Positions 11,328-24,545 are shown, counted from the stretch's first letter. The stretch: DNA of 63,803 nucleotides from Phoronis australis (GCA_002633005.1 NMRA01000467.1:73024-136826); one strand, 5' to 3'. The notes: generated from the sequence alone by a model not told the origin. Numbers and translations are program-made.

Positions 11328-11866
11328 TAATTGGTTGTCTTTGTTGCCAAGAATGAAATTTCTTGATCATTTTAACTTACATTATTCTGAAATCCTTGAT
11401 CAGAATAGAATCTTTTTTATGCTCAAACATATTGTCCAGATGTTCATAATGGTTAGAGTGCCTTTTTTTCTAAAATCTCAATTTTCACTGTATTTTCTAC
11501 AAACGAACAATTTTTTACATGAAACTTTCAATTTTTGTCTTTGTTTCATTGCCTACAAAGACATTCTTGGAATTTTCTTTCAAGGTCTTTATCCCAAGCA
11601 CTCCACTGTCAAAAATGAAGACCTCGGCATTCCTTAAAAAAGCGGTTAACTCTTCATTTTTGGCAACTGAGCACTCGAGCTACGAGCAAAATCCTAGACA
11701 TGCTAATGTTATAACTCTGTGCCATCAAGGATATTCATGATATATGTTTTATTTGTCTACTATTAGTATTAAAAAAATAATTTGACACTTGGTAACATAA
11801 GTAGCCTATTACCTTAAAACAGGTGGTTAAGATAATAGTTTATAAGCACCAACTTAACTTGAATGA

Positions 11867-11872
11867 TTTATT
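11867..11872 (-). terminator. Candidate poly(A) signal of ANKRD6
   Basis: AATAAA on - strand ~1.9 kb past the stop at the end of an AT-rich UTR-like stretch; not unique. Confidence 0.35.
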
Positions 11873-12025
11873 ATACGTCCATACAAACCTTTACAAAAAT
11901 GGCATTATGATAGTAATAAAATAGTAGTAATAGTAATAAAATAGTTATAGTTACAAATAATGTTTAAGTGCAACAAAACTTGCACAAAATCTCATAAATA
12001 ACAAGAATATACAAATAATTGCTGA

Positions 12026-12862
12026 GGGCTGTTCCAGTAAAATCCGTGTGGGAGGGGGGGGACGGCAGTAGAAATAAAAATTCATGGGTGGTGGTCTTCA
12101 GAAAAAAACTCAAATTATGGGTGGTCGTTCCTGTAAGAAGTGATGCATTAAAAATGGGTGGTATTTTTTGATCTGTTAACATTGACAGGTTGGTTAATTC
12201 AGCCAACACATCTCCAAAGAAATCAAAACTCAAAAAATGCAATTGGCATATATCCCAACTTGTCCCAATACAAAAAAGCCCATATTGCCAGTGAACAGAG
12301 TGCAATATGTTCACTAAGCCATTAATCAAATCATGGGCAACTTGATTTGAGCCAAGTGCTTGTCTGCAGTCCTATTGAATTGAAAAGTTATGCAACACTA
12401 AACTGGTGTTAACACATATAAGAAAATTGATGATTTTTAAATAAAAAGTATGAGGAGTAAGATAAACAAGTTCCAATATTCACTTGACATAGAAGTATAA
12501 AAGAGTTTGTGGAGACAGTTTGAGATTCATAGATCCTTATAATTGAAAAAATGTTCATTGAAATTATAGACACATGGTGAACAGAGACACCTGGTGGCTG
12601 CCAAAAGTATTGTTCACAGGCTACTTTAATTTTTGACAATATTGGACAAGACAACTAGTTCTTGTCTGTCAATCATCTAAGTTCTTAACAGGTCCTCCTG
12701 GAGGCAATTTGTTTGCAAGTGTTGGATTTTATATTTTAACCTATTAAAAATAATTAAAAAATTATGGGTCATGGGTTGGAGAAATAAATGAAAAATATGG
12801 GCGGTGGGTACGAAATAAAAGTGCCTTCCCCCCCTCCCATACAGATTTTGCTGGAACAGCCC
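12026..12862. mobile_element. MITE with ~35-bp TIRs and 3-bp TSD (PIF/Harbinger-like)
   Basis: gggctgttccagtaaaatccgtgtgggagggggg / cccccctcccatacagattttgctggaacagccc; TGA on both sides (12023-12025, 12863-12865). Confidence 0.8.
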
Positions 12863-13761
12863 TGATCATAATGTAATTTTGTACTTTAGTTGTAAATAAA
12901 TAACTTTAAAGCCAAAATATACATGTAACTGCAAGTTTGCGGCGATGAATTCAGCCAAACAAAAAACGGTACCAATAACTTCACCTGCTAGATGGTGCCC
13001 GCATAATAATATTCCATTTCCAGGTACCCAACTCCAGCACCGGCTCATAGGTGCGGGACTGCAGTTTTGTCACCGGGTATAGTTTTCGTCGTAGCGCATG
13101 TGAAGTTTTGAAGTGCAGGAGTAGAATTTTCAACTGTTTGTTATTAGCTGGTATAGGAATGCGTTCAGGGTTATTAGCTGGAATTTGGAAGACTGGTGGC
13201 CATTGAGTTGTGTCCACTCAGTCAAAAATGAAATTCTTCACATCTGGTTAGCAATAGAAAACAAAGCTGCAGTACAGTAAAACGTCACCAATTTCGGACA
13301 AAAATAATTGCCAAAACTGATAGTTTTTCAAAGATCCACAATTTATAAGGGAAGGCACAATTACACAATGTGTTCATTTCACAACTAGAGACCACAATAT
13401 AATTAATTAAATCAGGTAAAGATGGATATTTATATATTGATATATCCTTGAATTTCAACACAATATAAAATGTTTAGCTATTTTATGCAAAAGGAATTAT
13501 CAAAAATTAACCAAAACAAAAGATTTATAATAATCAACCTACTACGTGACGTTTTCTTGATATGTACAAAACTGCCTATTACTGCTTCAATGTTAATAAA
13601 TAAATCTTAATTGTAACAATATATTACAACTCAATTCATCAATAGTCGCACTCGCCAAATAAACAGAGTAACTAGCAATCCAGAGAAATGTAAGCGGTGT
13701 GTGTACGCACACAGTAGAGAAATCGTAATTTGTGTAATACCTAAACCATGACTATACAATT

Positions 13762-15661
13762 TTAAACATCTGTACTATGACTGATTCTTGGCTCCGGTCG
13801 TTTGGGTACTTCTCGATACCTCCTTTGAGCAGCTGACCCTTGTGGAGGCACGGGAATTCTTCTGAAGCGCTGAGGCACCTCAGAGACTGGTGGGGGCTGG
13901 GACAGCTCCCTATAGCGCGGTAGCGGTTCGACCAGTTGAGGGGGTTGGGAAACCTCTCTGAACCTATGTGCATTCTCATTTGGCTGTGGTGATGAAACCA
14001 CCTCCCTGAAGCGCTGCGGTGAGTCTGCGGGCTGTCTGTGTCTCTGATACCATTGCTCTATTTCTTGGGTCGGATGGTTATACTGGCGTGATGCTGTAAG
14101 GCGCTCACCAGGTGAATTCACATAGTTGCCATCACTTCTGTCGAGAGAGGGATGTGAAGGCACATTGGCATAGTTATTATAAGGCTTTGGCGAGTCATGC
14201 ACTACATTCACATAATTCGAACTCCTGGCAGGTGCTTGTGGGTCACATGATACATTAGCATAATCGTTATAGTCTCTGTGCTTAGCAGCTTCTGCAGTTG
14301 GAAGCGACTTTTCTAGTTCTGCAGAAACATTTGCATAGTTACTAGAACTTCTTGAGACAGTGGAGTCATTCACAGAAGAATGCAGCTTGATGAACTCGTA
14401 AGAGTTGTCCGGCGAATTCTGATAACTTGGCAAATTTGTTGAATCATTGGCGGATGAGTTAAGAGAGGAATCAACAAGTGGGCTTTGCACCTGTCCTGCA
14501 GGGTAAGATGGTGCCAAACGTACACCATAAATCTTACTACTGTAACCTGAGTCAGGGTTACTCCCAGACTCGGTTTTCTGTCCCGGCGAGTCGGCACCAG
14601 AATACTGAGGGCTTTGTGCGGCACTACTTCCTATCAGGCTCGGTGACGTCGACTGTAGGCCGCTCAACTCGGCGTAGTTGGATGACGAATTGCTGTTAGC
14701 TGGACAGATAGCAGGCTTCCTAACAGACTTCCACGCGTACGAATAAGGTGGCTTTGGGGGACCATTGTATCCGTAAGGCGGGGGTTGTGCTGAGCTCTGG
14801 GAAGGCAAGAGCTGTACTCGATTCACAACAGTGTCAGCGTGAGAGGCAGGAGTTGACGCGAAAGATGGAGGAACAACGATTTGCTTGAAACTCGTACTGA
14901 CTGCAGTTTGTTTCGGCGTCACAAAATCCAGTTGCTTGGGAGTTGTTTGCTCACTATCTTGCTTTATCACTGAAGAGTCATGGGGTTTAGCGCGACTTTC
15001 AAGTTCACTGTCTTCGAACTCCCTGAGTAATCTCACATCAATGGGATTACGCCTCTGAGAAAAATTCCCAGACATATCAGGAGTACTTTTACTGTCTGCT
15101 GACTGTTCACTCAAAGCCTTCAGGGGCTCGTACACATTGAATCGAGCCATTTCCTCGTGCATAGTTCTAGGTCGAGTTAACTGACCGACTGGATTAGGGC
15201 GAGAAATACCCACCCTCTCATTTTTTGACTGCTTATTAACGGTGGACAATTTCAAAGCTCGAAGTTGTTCGATGGCATTCTTACGTGACTGATAAGCCTT
15301 ACCATGGAAACTATACTCAGAATGTGACAGTGTCTCATCAGATCGTGACCTAATCAGACGACTCGCCCAGGCAAACCGCCGATTTCCTTTCTTGTGCCGG
15401 AACGAGTTATTCTCGAACACATCACGGTTGAAGTTACTCGGAGTGGCTCCAAACGTCTCATCTCTTTTAGCTACCGTTGCAGTACCACGCGTTTTCCCCT
15501 CACGTAGCTGCATCCATCTTTGCAGCTCGTCCTGAACCTTAGCCTGGGCGAGTTCCAGCTGTCTGTCAGTTTCTAGACGTTCCTGCATTGCCCGTCGCTC
15601 GACACGCTCGTGACAGTCATGTTTTTCTGCGTCCAGTCTTTCCTGGTTCAGTCGATCGATG
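13762..15661 (-). CDS. ANKRD6: ANKRD6/diversin-like last coding exon (end of coiled coil plus long Ser/Pro-rich disordered tail ending STDV)
   Basis: cag acceptor at 15662-15664, phase 2, in frame with the 608-aa ORF; IDRLNQERLDAEKHDCHERV resembles human [20 protein letters not shown]. Confidence 0.9.
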
Positions 15662-17356
15662 CTGTGGTGATAGAGAGGTCAAGTTAAAGTTTGCCATCTT
15701 TTGAGTTAAGTATAATCAGCATAATATGGGAAAAAGTTAAACGTCACAGAACTAGATTATTACACGGCCAGGCTGTTGTTTCCTGTATTTAGACCTGACT
15801 GGGATGTAGAGGCCCTTGCTACAAGGGTGATAATTCTTCCAAATCACATAAGGGCTCTAAATACAGGCTGTTTCAGTAAAGTTCACCAGAGGGAAAAGGC
15901 ATTTTTTTTTGCCAGCCACCAATATTTTTGTTTTATTTTCCAACTCAGTCATGAACAATAATTTAAATTACTTTGGTATGCAACCACCCATAAACCTCTT
16001 TAAATTGTTTTTGTCACTTTGAAGTATTGGTCCTGCAAACAAATTGAACTTTAAATGCATAAAAACAGTGCTTCTTTGTCAATTATTCAGCACAGTTTTA
16101 TGACTAAGTGGTGGTATGAATAAGGACAAGGATACGCTGCTTGTACCTATGATACACAATGATCCATAAATACTGATACTCAATAGCTGACTTTCAAAAT
16201 AGTTGCGCTATATTAAAATTCACCAACACGTTTAGTACCACCCACCAATCCCATGTGATGCACTGGTAAAACAGCGTTTTAACACCTTTCCTGTTATTAC
16301 AATGCCGGCAGATTGACAGTGATGTGCGGTGGTATGTATCAATGCCTTACGAAAAAGACAAACCTTTTGAAATAACAATGGATGAACACGGACATCATGT
16401 TCCATATATTTCTTCCTGTGAAGAAGTATTTGCCGACAAAGCCAAGAGCATGGGAATTTTGATCCCAGCCGGTGTCAAAAAGCTAAGTTAAATTAATGAA
16501 CTTAACTAATGGAACAATGCGAGGGGCTGACAGTGCAATACAGTGCTTTTAAATTAATGAACCACAAGCTATAATTTTCTGTCCACCAAGTCTGAGTCGG
16601 GATCAATTGGAAGTCACTTTAGTGCTCTCACTACTGTAAAGAGCGCTAATATGAAGTCTCCTATTATGCTCATCTTCTCAAAAAACATTTTGCATTCCAA
16701 TATTCACCATGGCTACTTCAATTAAGATAAGATCTTTAGTTGAGCCAATATAAGCACAATGCATGTCACCCTCTTGTGTTGCATCGCTGTATGTTCAGAT
16801 TGACAAATGTAAGAAGTCAGTAAGAAAAGTAACGACACTTGAGATCTATGCTGTTCACATCCTAACAAGTTTGTGATCATTCCAAGATAACGATTTGAGA
16901 AATGGACTGTAGCCATGCATGAATTCCTTGTAGATAATGCATGAAAATTTGTTTTTGTGTACATGATTTGTACTATTGTGTGGAACATGTCATGAAGCCC
17001 ACATCTCATAGATCACAAACACCAACAACTAGAAATGTTCCATTTTGTTACAAAAACAACTGGCATTGTTTTTATGTGTTCTGAGAAGAACTACCACCAA
17101 CATTTTTTTTCATTTCATGTGCACTTCCCCTCACATACAGACTTTACTGGAGGAGAACATGCAATTATCTATTCATCCAACATGTTGAGCAACAGATTCT
17201 AAAAAAAATAAAGAAGTAAAGATCCAGCTATCCATGTATTTGATGTCAGTGACCCCCTGTCAGTGCTTTGGATCAAACCACACTTGCGAGTGACCTCTAT
17301 TAAACAGTCTTAGCTTGTTAAATTCTAAAGAGACACCTGACTTTGGTGAATCTCAC

Positions 17357-17526
17357 CTATAAATCTGCTGCGTGGTCCTTCGCTCTAAGTTGTCAATACG
17401 CTGAGTCAGCTGCTGCTGTGTGGCGTCCACGTGATCATAGAAGTTATGTCGATCTGCCTCCACCCGCTGTTCCAGCTTGGTAAGGGCTGGCTGACACTGG
17501 CACAGGGGCATGTACCCTACAGGACC
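17357..17526 (-). CDS. ANKRD6: ANKRD6 exon GPVGYMPLCQCQPALTKLEQRVEADRHNFYDHVDATQQQLTQRIDNLERRTTQQIY(S)
   Basis: cag/gtgaga splice sites; CxCxP plus coiled coil as in human GCRCEPLINKLENQLE. Confidence 0.9.
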
Positions 17527-18255
17527 CTGCAGGGAAACGAAATGTAATGCAGCATATACACCACATACAGACCTACAGGAGCGTTTACATAATGCATAGA
17601 TATATAAAGGTGGACATCATACAGGACCTGTACCACAAGGCCATCAGTGGGATATTGCATAGTACAAAGATTATATGTATAAGAGTAAAGACAGCTTTAC
17701 CAAGGAATGGTGCAGGTCACAAAATAAGTGTAACACAAATCTTATACAAATATTCCATGCAATAGGAAACATTTTACATGCAACTCTTTAGTGTTGTGAG
17801 AGCACAAAAGTGTCTTTTGTTTAACCTAATTTCTAATTCTGGTGAGCAAGACCGACGGAGTTGACAAGGACAGAATATTATCTCATTTTGTTCACAGACG
17901 TTTGAGATGTTGGACATTTTGTGTGAATTTGTAGAATATCTGACCGCAAAACAGTGACAATTTGACAGACTAATGGTCAATGGTAAATACCGCACTACAT
18001 TAAATCGATACAAGAATGCAGAATGCCATGCACCAATGGTCGCCATCTAGTGGGGACAAGACATATTTCATCATGTTGCCACTATAACTGCAAAGGTTTG
18101 AAATGAGACATCTGTAAAAATAGTCCATGCTTTGGCACTGGAACAATAACACACAATAATACACAACAATAATACACAACCCAAGCATTATTAACTAACT
18201 GCATTCTCAAACAGGGTCCTACTCTAATAGCAAAGCTCTAATATTTTCCACCTAC

Positions 18256-18411
18256 CTGTCGGATGTTTCCTGCCAAATCCCTATAGTATTGCATACCCTG
18301 TTTCTTGACGTACTGACCAAACATCCCCTGGTGGCCGTGTTTACTTCGATGGTGACGACCGGGGACGACCTCCTCAGTGGGATTATTGTCGGGCGAAAAT
18401 AATTTTTTATC
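18256..18411 (-). CDS. ANKRD6: ANKRD6 exon DKKLFSP...QYYRDLAGNIRQ
   Basis: tttcag/gtaggt; 156 nt, phase 0-0; YYRDLAGNIRQ resembles human LYRGKDGKVMQ. Confidence 0.87.
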
Positions 18412-18773
18412 CTGAAACAAGCATGACAGTTTAACCAAATATTTAATTATGACACGAACCTCTTTGACTGACTGATTTGGACTAAACTGTTTCGCTCAGT
18501 CTCGACAAAATACAAGTACAACACATCATCTGGCATATAAGTTACGTACAATAAGTTATTGTACTAGAAGCGTGCAATATCATGCGTGCTAGATTCAATC
18601 TCTTAATGCCGATTCTGACTAGAAAACATGAATTTTAATTTTAGCAAGACACTATATTCATCAAATTATTCTGTGCTGGTGTTAAGGGAGAAATACAAGC
18701 TGGGGATGAAAATTCAAACCCTTGGTAGCTAAAGCTCCGAGTTACAGAGTAAAGAACACTTTCAATACAACAC

Positions 18774-18917
18774 CTTGTCTTTTTTCTTCATCCAGGGGAA
18801 CAACCCTTTTTTCTCCTTGCCACTTTCTTTGCCACCAGGTTCCGCCTGAGGCTTCTTGCCCGCAGCACCGTCACCCACATCTCTGGTGGAATGATGGAGA
18901 TGCTTCTTGATGGGTTT
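18774..18917 (-). CDS. ANKRD6: ANKRD6 Lys-rich linker exon KPIKKHLHH...LFPWMKKKDK
   Basis: tttcag acceptor, weak gtgttg donor; 144 nt, open in phase 0-0. Confidence 0.72.
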
Positions 18918-20247
18918 CTGAAATAATATAATGTGAGAACAATAAAAATGGTAATATGAATGATGATAATAATAACAATAAAATAATCAACAGTAACAAA
19001 AGATACCACAACTTAAAATAAAAACGAAATAAAATTCAGATGTCACATGATCCAACAATGTGCATGCACAGGTCATCTTAGAAAAATAACTTCTAAAATA
19101 AGTGGTGATGAAACTGATCATGTGATTGGGGGGACATCTGCAAGTTGATCTATTAATCAGCTACAACGTTAAGTGTCCACAGAGTGTACACCAAAAGTCA
19201 ATTAATACAGGGTGTTGGACTTTAAGAACCATTTTGTTGCACGTTATTGAGTGGCAATAAGCCGGTTCTTAAAATGCAGGACCCCAGTGACAATAATCGT
19301 ACAGTACATGTGGGATGTTTCAGCCAGCTCACAAACTCCCGCCGCTTATCTAAGCAGATTTGTTCTCCATAAATGGTACAGCAGATGGACAATCCATCAG
19401 TGGACAGTTTTAGTCCTGCACATGAGAGTGTAATGATAATATGGCTGCAGGTAGACATAGTTTTCAAGATAAAACTAAGACGAGGGTCACAATAAAATAA
19501 AATGTTATTAAAGTCAGCAATTGGCTTAAAGATGCTATGTCTCATTAAAATCATGAATACTTAAATTTGTAGTAATCACCACCTAGTGACTTCCTGGAAA
19601 ACTGTGTGTACAAGTATAACCAGGAAAAGAAACAAATTTGTAAATAAGTTGAGGTTTTAAAGAAAACACAACTGATACACTTATAAACCCAAGTGTGAGC
19701 ACATCCAAACCCAAGTAATTCCAAATATTAAGTAATTGCTTTTTGATAGTGAAATAAACAAATAATAAAAACTGTGCCTTGTTTCATTAGAGTATCGACA
19801 ATGCTGTGGGGGTTTCCCAGGGATTCCCACATTAACTTAAGAAGTGTTGACAAGAATTGTATGCAAATACCTATAATTTGCACTACCAGATGCAAAATGG
19901 CATGCTGTTGAACATTGTTCAAGGTGATGGCAAAACAAAATTCTTCCTTGTTCTCTTGGCTGGCATCGGGTTGTCCGCCATGACGAAATATTACCATACT
20001 CGTTTACATAAAAATAGTCTTCCAAAATGAGACCTTCACGAAAATGTAATGGTAACTGGTTCTTGGATGATTTCCGACACACTGGAGGACCCTACGTTGT
20101 ATGTAAATTAGTACTTTACATGCATAATCACAATTTAATAAGACTATGCATTTTTAACATCACACAATTTATACAACTGTGTCATCTTGATCTCTCAATA
20201 ATATCAAAATACGATAACTTGCCAAGTACAATACTTGTTGCACTCAC

Positions 20248-20325
20248 CGGAAGAGTTTTAGAGATAATGATAATGACTTCTGGATGTTCTTTTCGCCTGG
20301 CAACATCTGTGGCTGTCTCATTTTG
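20248..20325 (-). CDS. ANKRD6: ANKRD6 last ankyrin-repeat exon QNETATDVARRKEHPEVIIIISKTLP
   Basis: ttttccag/gtgagt; 78 nt; resembles human [21 protein letters not shown]. Confidence 0.87.
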
Positions 20326-22872
20326 CTGGAAAATTACAGGATATTGTCAGACAGTTTACAAATATTTATTTGCAATCTCGAAATTCAGAATTTCATGGCT
20401 GATTATTAGTCAACACATTTTTATCAAACACCAACAACTAAACTAAACAGTTTTCAAAGAACAGTGAAATTTTGAAGCAAAAATTTCCAGCTGGAGTTCA
20501 AATTGTTTTCCGACAGAGCCAGACAACAATTTTTAATCTTTCTTGAAAACTACTTTACACTGAATCATCACAAATCAGAAACTGTTTGTAAAATGTAAGG
20601 ATGACATTCAGTAGTGCTACTTCTGCAAAGGACGAGTCTGGGCTTATAAGTTAATGGCCAACCACTCATGGAATTATTAAGCACAATCCTTGAATAGAAA
20701 ACCATAGATTTCACATGTACAGTATATGGCAGAGGTAAGATAAACAAATCTGTTTTCCTCATGCAGGATCATTCCAACTTTCAAATGACGAATGATGAGA
20801 AATTCTGTTTCATTTTGTCTGATTATTTCTGATCAGTACTATGATGCCAAGAGACCTTAACCAGCATTAATTGTGCCCAAACGAAACCTAACTTCAGATC
20901 AGTCATGGCTTAACGATATCTCAAACCTTCTTCACAAAAATTGGCCATTTTTCACGTTTAGCAAAATACCTGAAAGGGGAACTTCAAATGTGAAATATAT
21001 ACCGTGTAGCGACAAAAAAGATGTAGTACAACCACCTTCAATTGCATGGCAATTTGCTTATTACTTATTTGAGGTCAAAGGTTACAGGGCTGTCACTCCT
21101 GTGTCCAACCTTAAGAAAACCCCCAACTCACACTTGGCAAGTTGGGTAAAATGTCAGCTCGCCATTTTGAATTTGAGGTTACCAAATTTTAGTACCACGA
21201 TCGTCTGATAGGTGTCGCTTGCGATGCAGCCCATTGTGATGGCTTGCTCACGGTGCCGCATAATAGGTCAAGTAGGTCACGACCAAAAAACAGCAAGGAA
21301 ACGCGGCTGTTACAGTAAAAAACTAAGAATTTTTAAAGTAGTGTTACTTATTCATTAACTTCTTATGTTAGAAAGTAAGATGCATTCAACTTTGTAATCA
21401 ATCATGTTGGAATAGAGCGCTTTTTTCAGAATTGCCACAGTGCCCTCAGACGCAGCACTACAATTGACCGTTTTGTCTATGCAACTCGGCCCCGTTTTAA
21501 TCATCTGCTCATGACTACGCCAGTCATGATCGCAGTGTGACAAGCTATCACAACTTATCTGCTTTTGGCACGTTGCCATCTTGTCTCACTGATACGGACC
21601 AATGTTCTAAAAATTGGTCCTGCTGCAGATCTGCACAAGATCTTATGTAACAAGCTTGGAGATTTCTAAAACACTTACGCAACTTGAAAGGCATTTTTTA
21701 AAAACCTTTATTAAATAAATTTAACAAAATACAAATAAATAAATGTAATTGGAAACTTAAGCATGCCATTCAAGCCCCAAACCTGTGATAGGTTCACACT
21801 GAACAACTGCATACTGCGTAACTGGGGGGGGGGCTCTCCAGACCACACCCTAAACATGAGGTGGGCGGAAAACCTACACCCCAAAGGGTGAGGGTAAACC
21901 ACCGAGAGTCGGCCCAAACCGTAGTGAGAGGTGAGAAGTGGATTAAGGCTGCGTGACATCACTAGTGACGAGGGGGGCTGTGGCGCTATTCTCTCCTAGT
22001 TGTAACTGTTTTGTCCCCCAGCAGTCAATGCTATCCCCCAGTCGCCCCAATAGCCTCTACTTTACCCCTGTAGTCATTATTGTTTCACCCTCCTTCCATC
22101 GCCACTATTTCGTTGGACCTCTACTATTCCCTTTGCCGTCTTTAATTTTGTTTCTGGATACGCTACTTTATTCACAAAAAATGGCCATTTTTATAACATT
22201 TCACATACACCTAGCAACCTCTTCTTCAGTCTCAGGGAACGTCAAATACAAAATAAATACTGTGTAGCAAGAAAAAAAGATTTCGAGAACCACCTTGGAA
22301 CCACACAACCGTGAGGAATTTGTTTACTACTTATTTGAGGTCAAAGGTAACAAGGCTGTCATTCAAATGGAATCTCCCGCCAGGTACAGAGCAGCTTCAT
22401 ATGTACCTGCAGTCCTTTCATTCACAAAGTGGCATTAATACTGAGTCAACAAGATGTGCATATAATAGAAGGGTGCCCAGGAAAACAAAAACAAAATGTA
22501 GTTTTGATCCTGACGGAGTTGTACGTCTGCATGCATACGACCGTTGAGACCGAATGCTCCAAGTTGCCTCATGCCTCGGTGACTTTGTGATCACGAACAC
22601 AGCAAGTTGTGAAAAGAGATAAATCCTCATCCAAATTCCTTACTTCCAGAAGTAATGACATTTCAATGTTTCGATCTCATGCTAATGACGTGCTTCAACC
22701 ACAGACTCGATTTCTGTTATCCATTTCCTATTTGATTTAGTATCACTCTCCCAATGTGTAGTGTGTACAGCAATAAACTGTTGACCTACTTTTAAGTAGG
22801 CCAACAGTTGATTCCACCTCTCAGCTGAGGATGGTACAAAGAGTTGTTTTAGTGATAAGTAAGTTAATTATG

Positions 22873-23733
22873 AGGAGTTAGACAGGGAGACCCGATTTCA
22901 CCTAAACTGTTTACACCGACAATGGAAGAAATCTTCAAATCTTCAGACCTTCAAAGGGGAGTAAACATAGACGGAGAACATCTAACAGACCTAAGATTTG
23001 CAGATGATGTTGATTTGTGCACAGAAGACATAATTCAATTAGAAACAAATTTAAATATACTGAATGAAGAAAGCAACAATGTGGGATTTAAGATACACAA
23101 GTACAAGACAAAGTACATGACAAATTGTGAAACAGATGAACAGGTCATGATGGAAAACAAGATCATTGAAAGAGTCACATGACCAATGAAATATAAATCC
23201 GAATAACAGCTGGGTGAGTTGCATTGGAAAAAAACAGAGAAATATTCCAAGATAAGAACATTCCATATCCCTGAGAAGAAAAGTATTTGACCAGTGCATC
23301 ATCCCCACAATCACCTATGGATGCCAAACATGGACCTTAACAAAACAGACAATTGCCAAGCTAAGAACAACACAGAGAGCAATGGAGAGAAAAATGCCTG
23401 AAATAAAGTTACTAGACAGGATTCCACACACAGAGATAAGGGAACAAACAGGAGTCATGGACATAATCAAGACAATTCTGAAATTGAAATGGAGGTGGGG
23501 CGGACACGTGGCCAGAGCACAGGACAACAGATGGACAAAAAGATGCACAGAGTGGCAACCCAGATATGGAAAGAGATCAAGAGGACGGCCCCAAGCCAGA
23601 TGGAGAGATGACATCGTGAAAACGATAGGCACAACATGGACGAGAGCAGCAAGAGACAGAACAAATTGGAAGGCATTGTCGCAGGGCTACATCCTGCAGT
23701 GGATGGACAATGCCTAGAGTCAGAGTCAGAGTC
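22873..23733 (+). mobile_element. 5'-truncated, internally deleted RTE-clade LINE (reverse transcriptase C-terminal part)
   Basis: GVRQGDPISPKLF, LRFADDV, YGCQTW, KWRWGGHVAR, RGRPQARW motifs; (AGAGTC)n tail after the stop; imperfect TSD aagttaattatg / aagtttaattacg. Confidence 0.9.
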
Positions 23734-24545
23734 AAAGTTAATTACGCACTGCAAATTCAATTGACTTCGCAAGTGAATGTTGAAATAGCTAACATAGTTA
23801 AGGCACGTATAGGTTATACTGTAAAAACAAGTTTTCACCGAATAATTAAGCGAAGACCTTGAAATTTTCACTCCTTTCAGTTTAATCAGCTTTTTCTTGG
23901 GTTCGGCAAATCGACTTAATTTGGACTTAGGAACACGAGTTCTCGAAAATGGCTTGATGGATTTTGCTGAAACTTTTCAAACTTAATATTTATTCATCAA
24001 TCTCAAAAACGCTTTAGGATTTTCGACATAAAGTCTTATTTTTGTGTAATGTTACAAAAACGAATACGACTGCTATTTTTACAAGAGTACCTTATGTTTC
24101 GCAAGGTGATTTGTCATAAAAACCAAACTAAGAGACTAATCCCAAATCTTTAAAATGTTTTTGAGATAACTGGTGAAGTTCATTTAAAAAAGGTTTCATT
24201 AAAATCAACCGAGGCATTATTTTGATACGAATGTACCTTTCTTAAAAATAAAAATTTGGCTTCAAAAAGATGTTAATGTAACAATATGGCACATAATATA
24301 AAAATATTTTTATAATTCCTCATCTTCTGTATGTCAGAAAATAATTATACACTTTTACTAGACAGTTCAGAAAGCCTGGCTTTTTGATATATGAGTTAGA
24401 ATGGAGGCCACAAAAATGTCATCTAGGGATGCACAAGTCGCTATCATAGTAAAAATTGCATCATCACAGCAGTGCATGGTTACAGGCTCATAAATTAACC
24501 ATAATGCAGTTTAACTGCAAGTTGTACAACATTGTCGGATAGTAC

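Noticed and set aside
14370-14699. Overlapping alternative-frame and antisense ORFs within the large ANKRD6 exon
   Set aside because: Short shadows of the real coding frame
17517-17640. Echoes of TACAGGACC upstream of the 17526 acceptor, as an older acceptor duplication
   Set aside because: Matches are only 8-10 bp with irregular spacing
19837-20091. Possible alternative ANKRD6 exon (GPPVCRKSS...)
   Set aside because: No polypyrimidine tract, the candidate donor is phase 1 and incompatible with the next exon, and no recognisable homology
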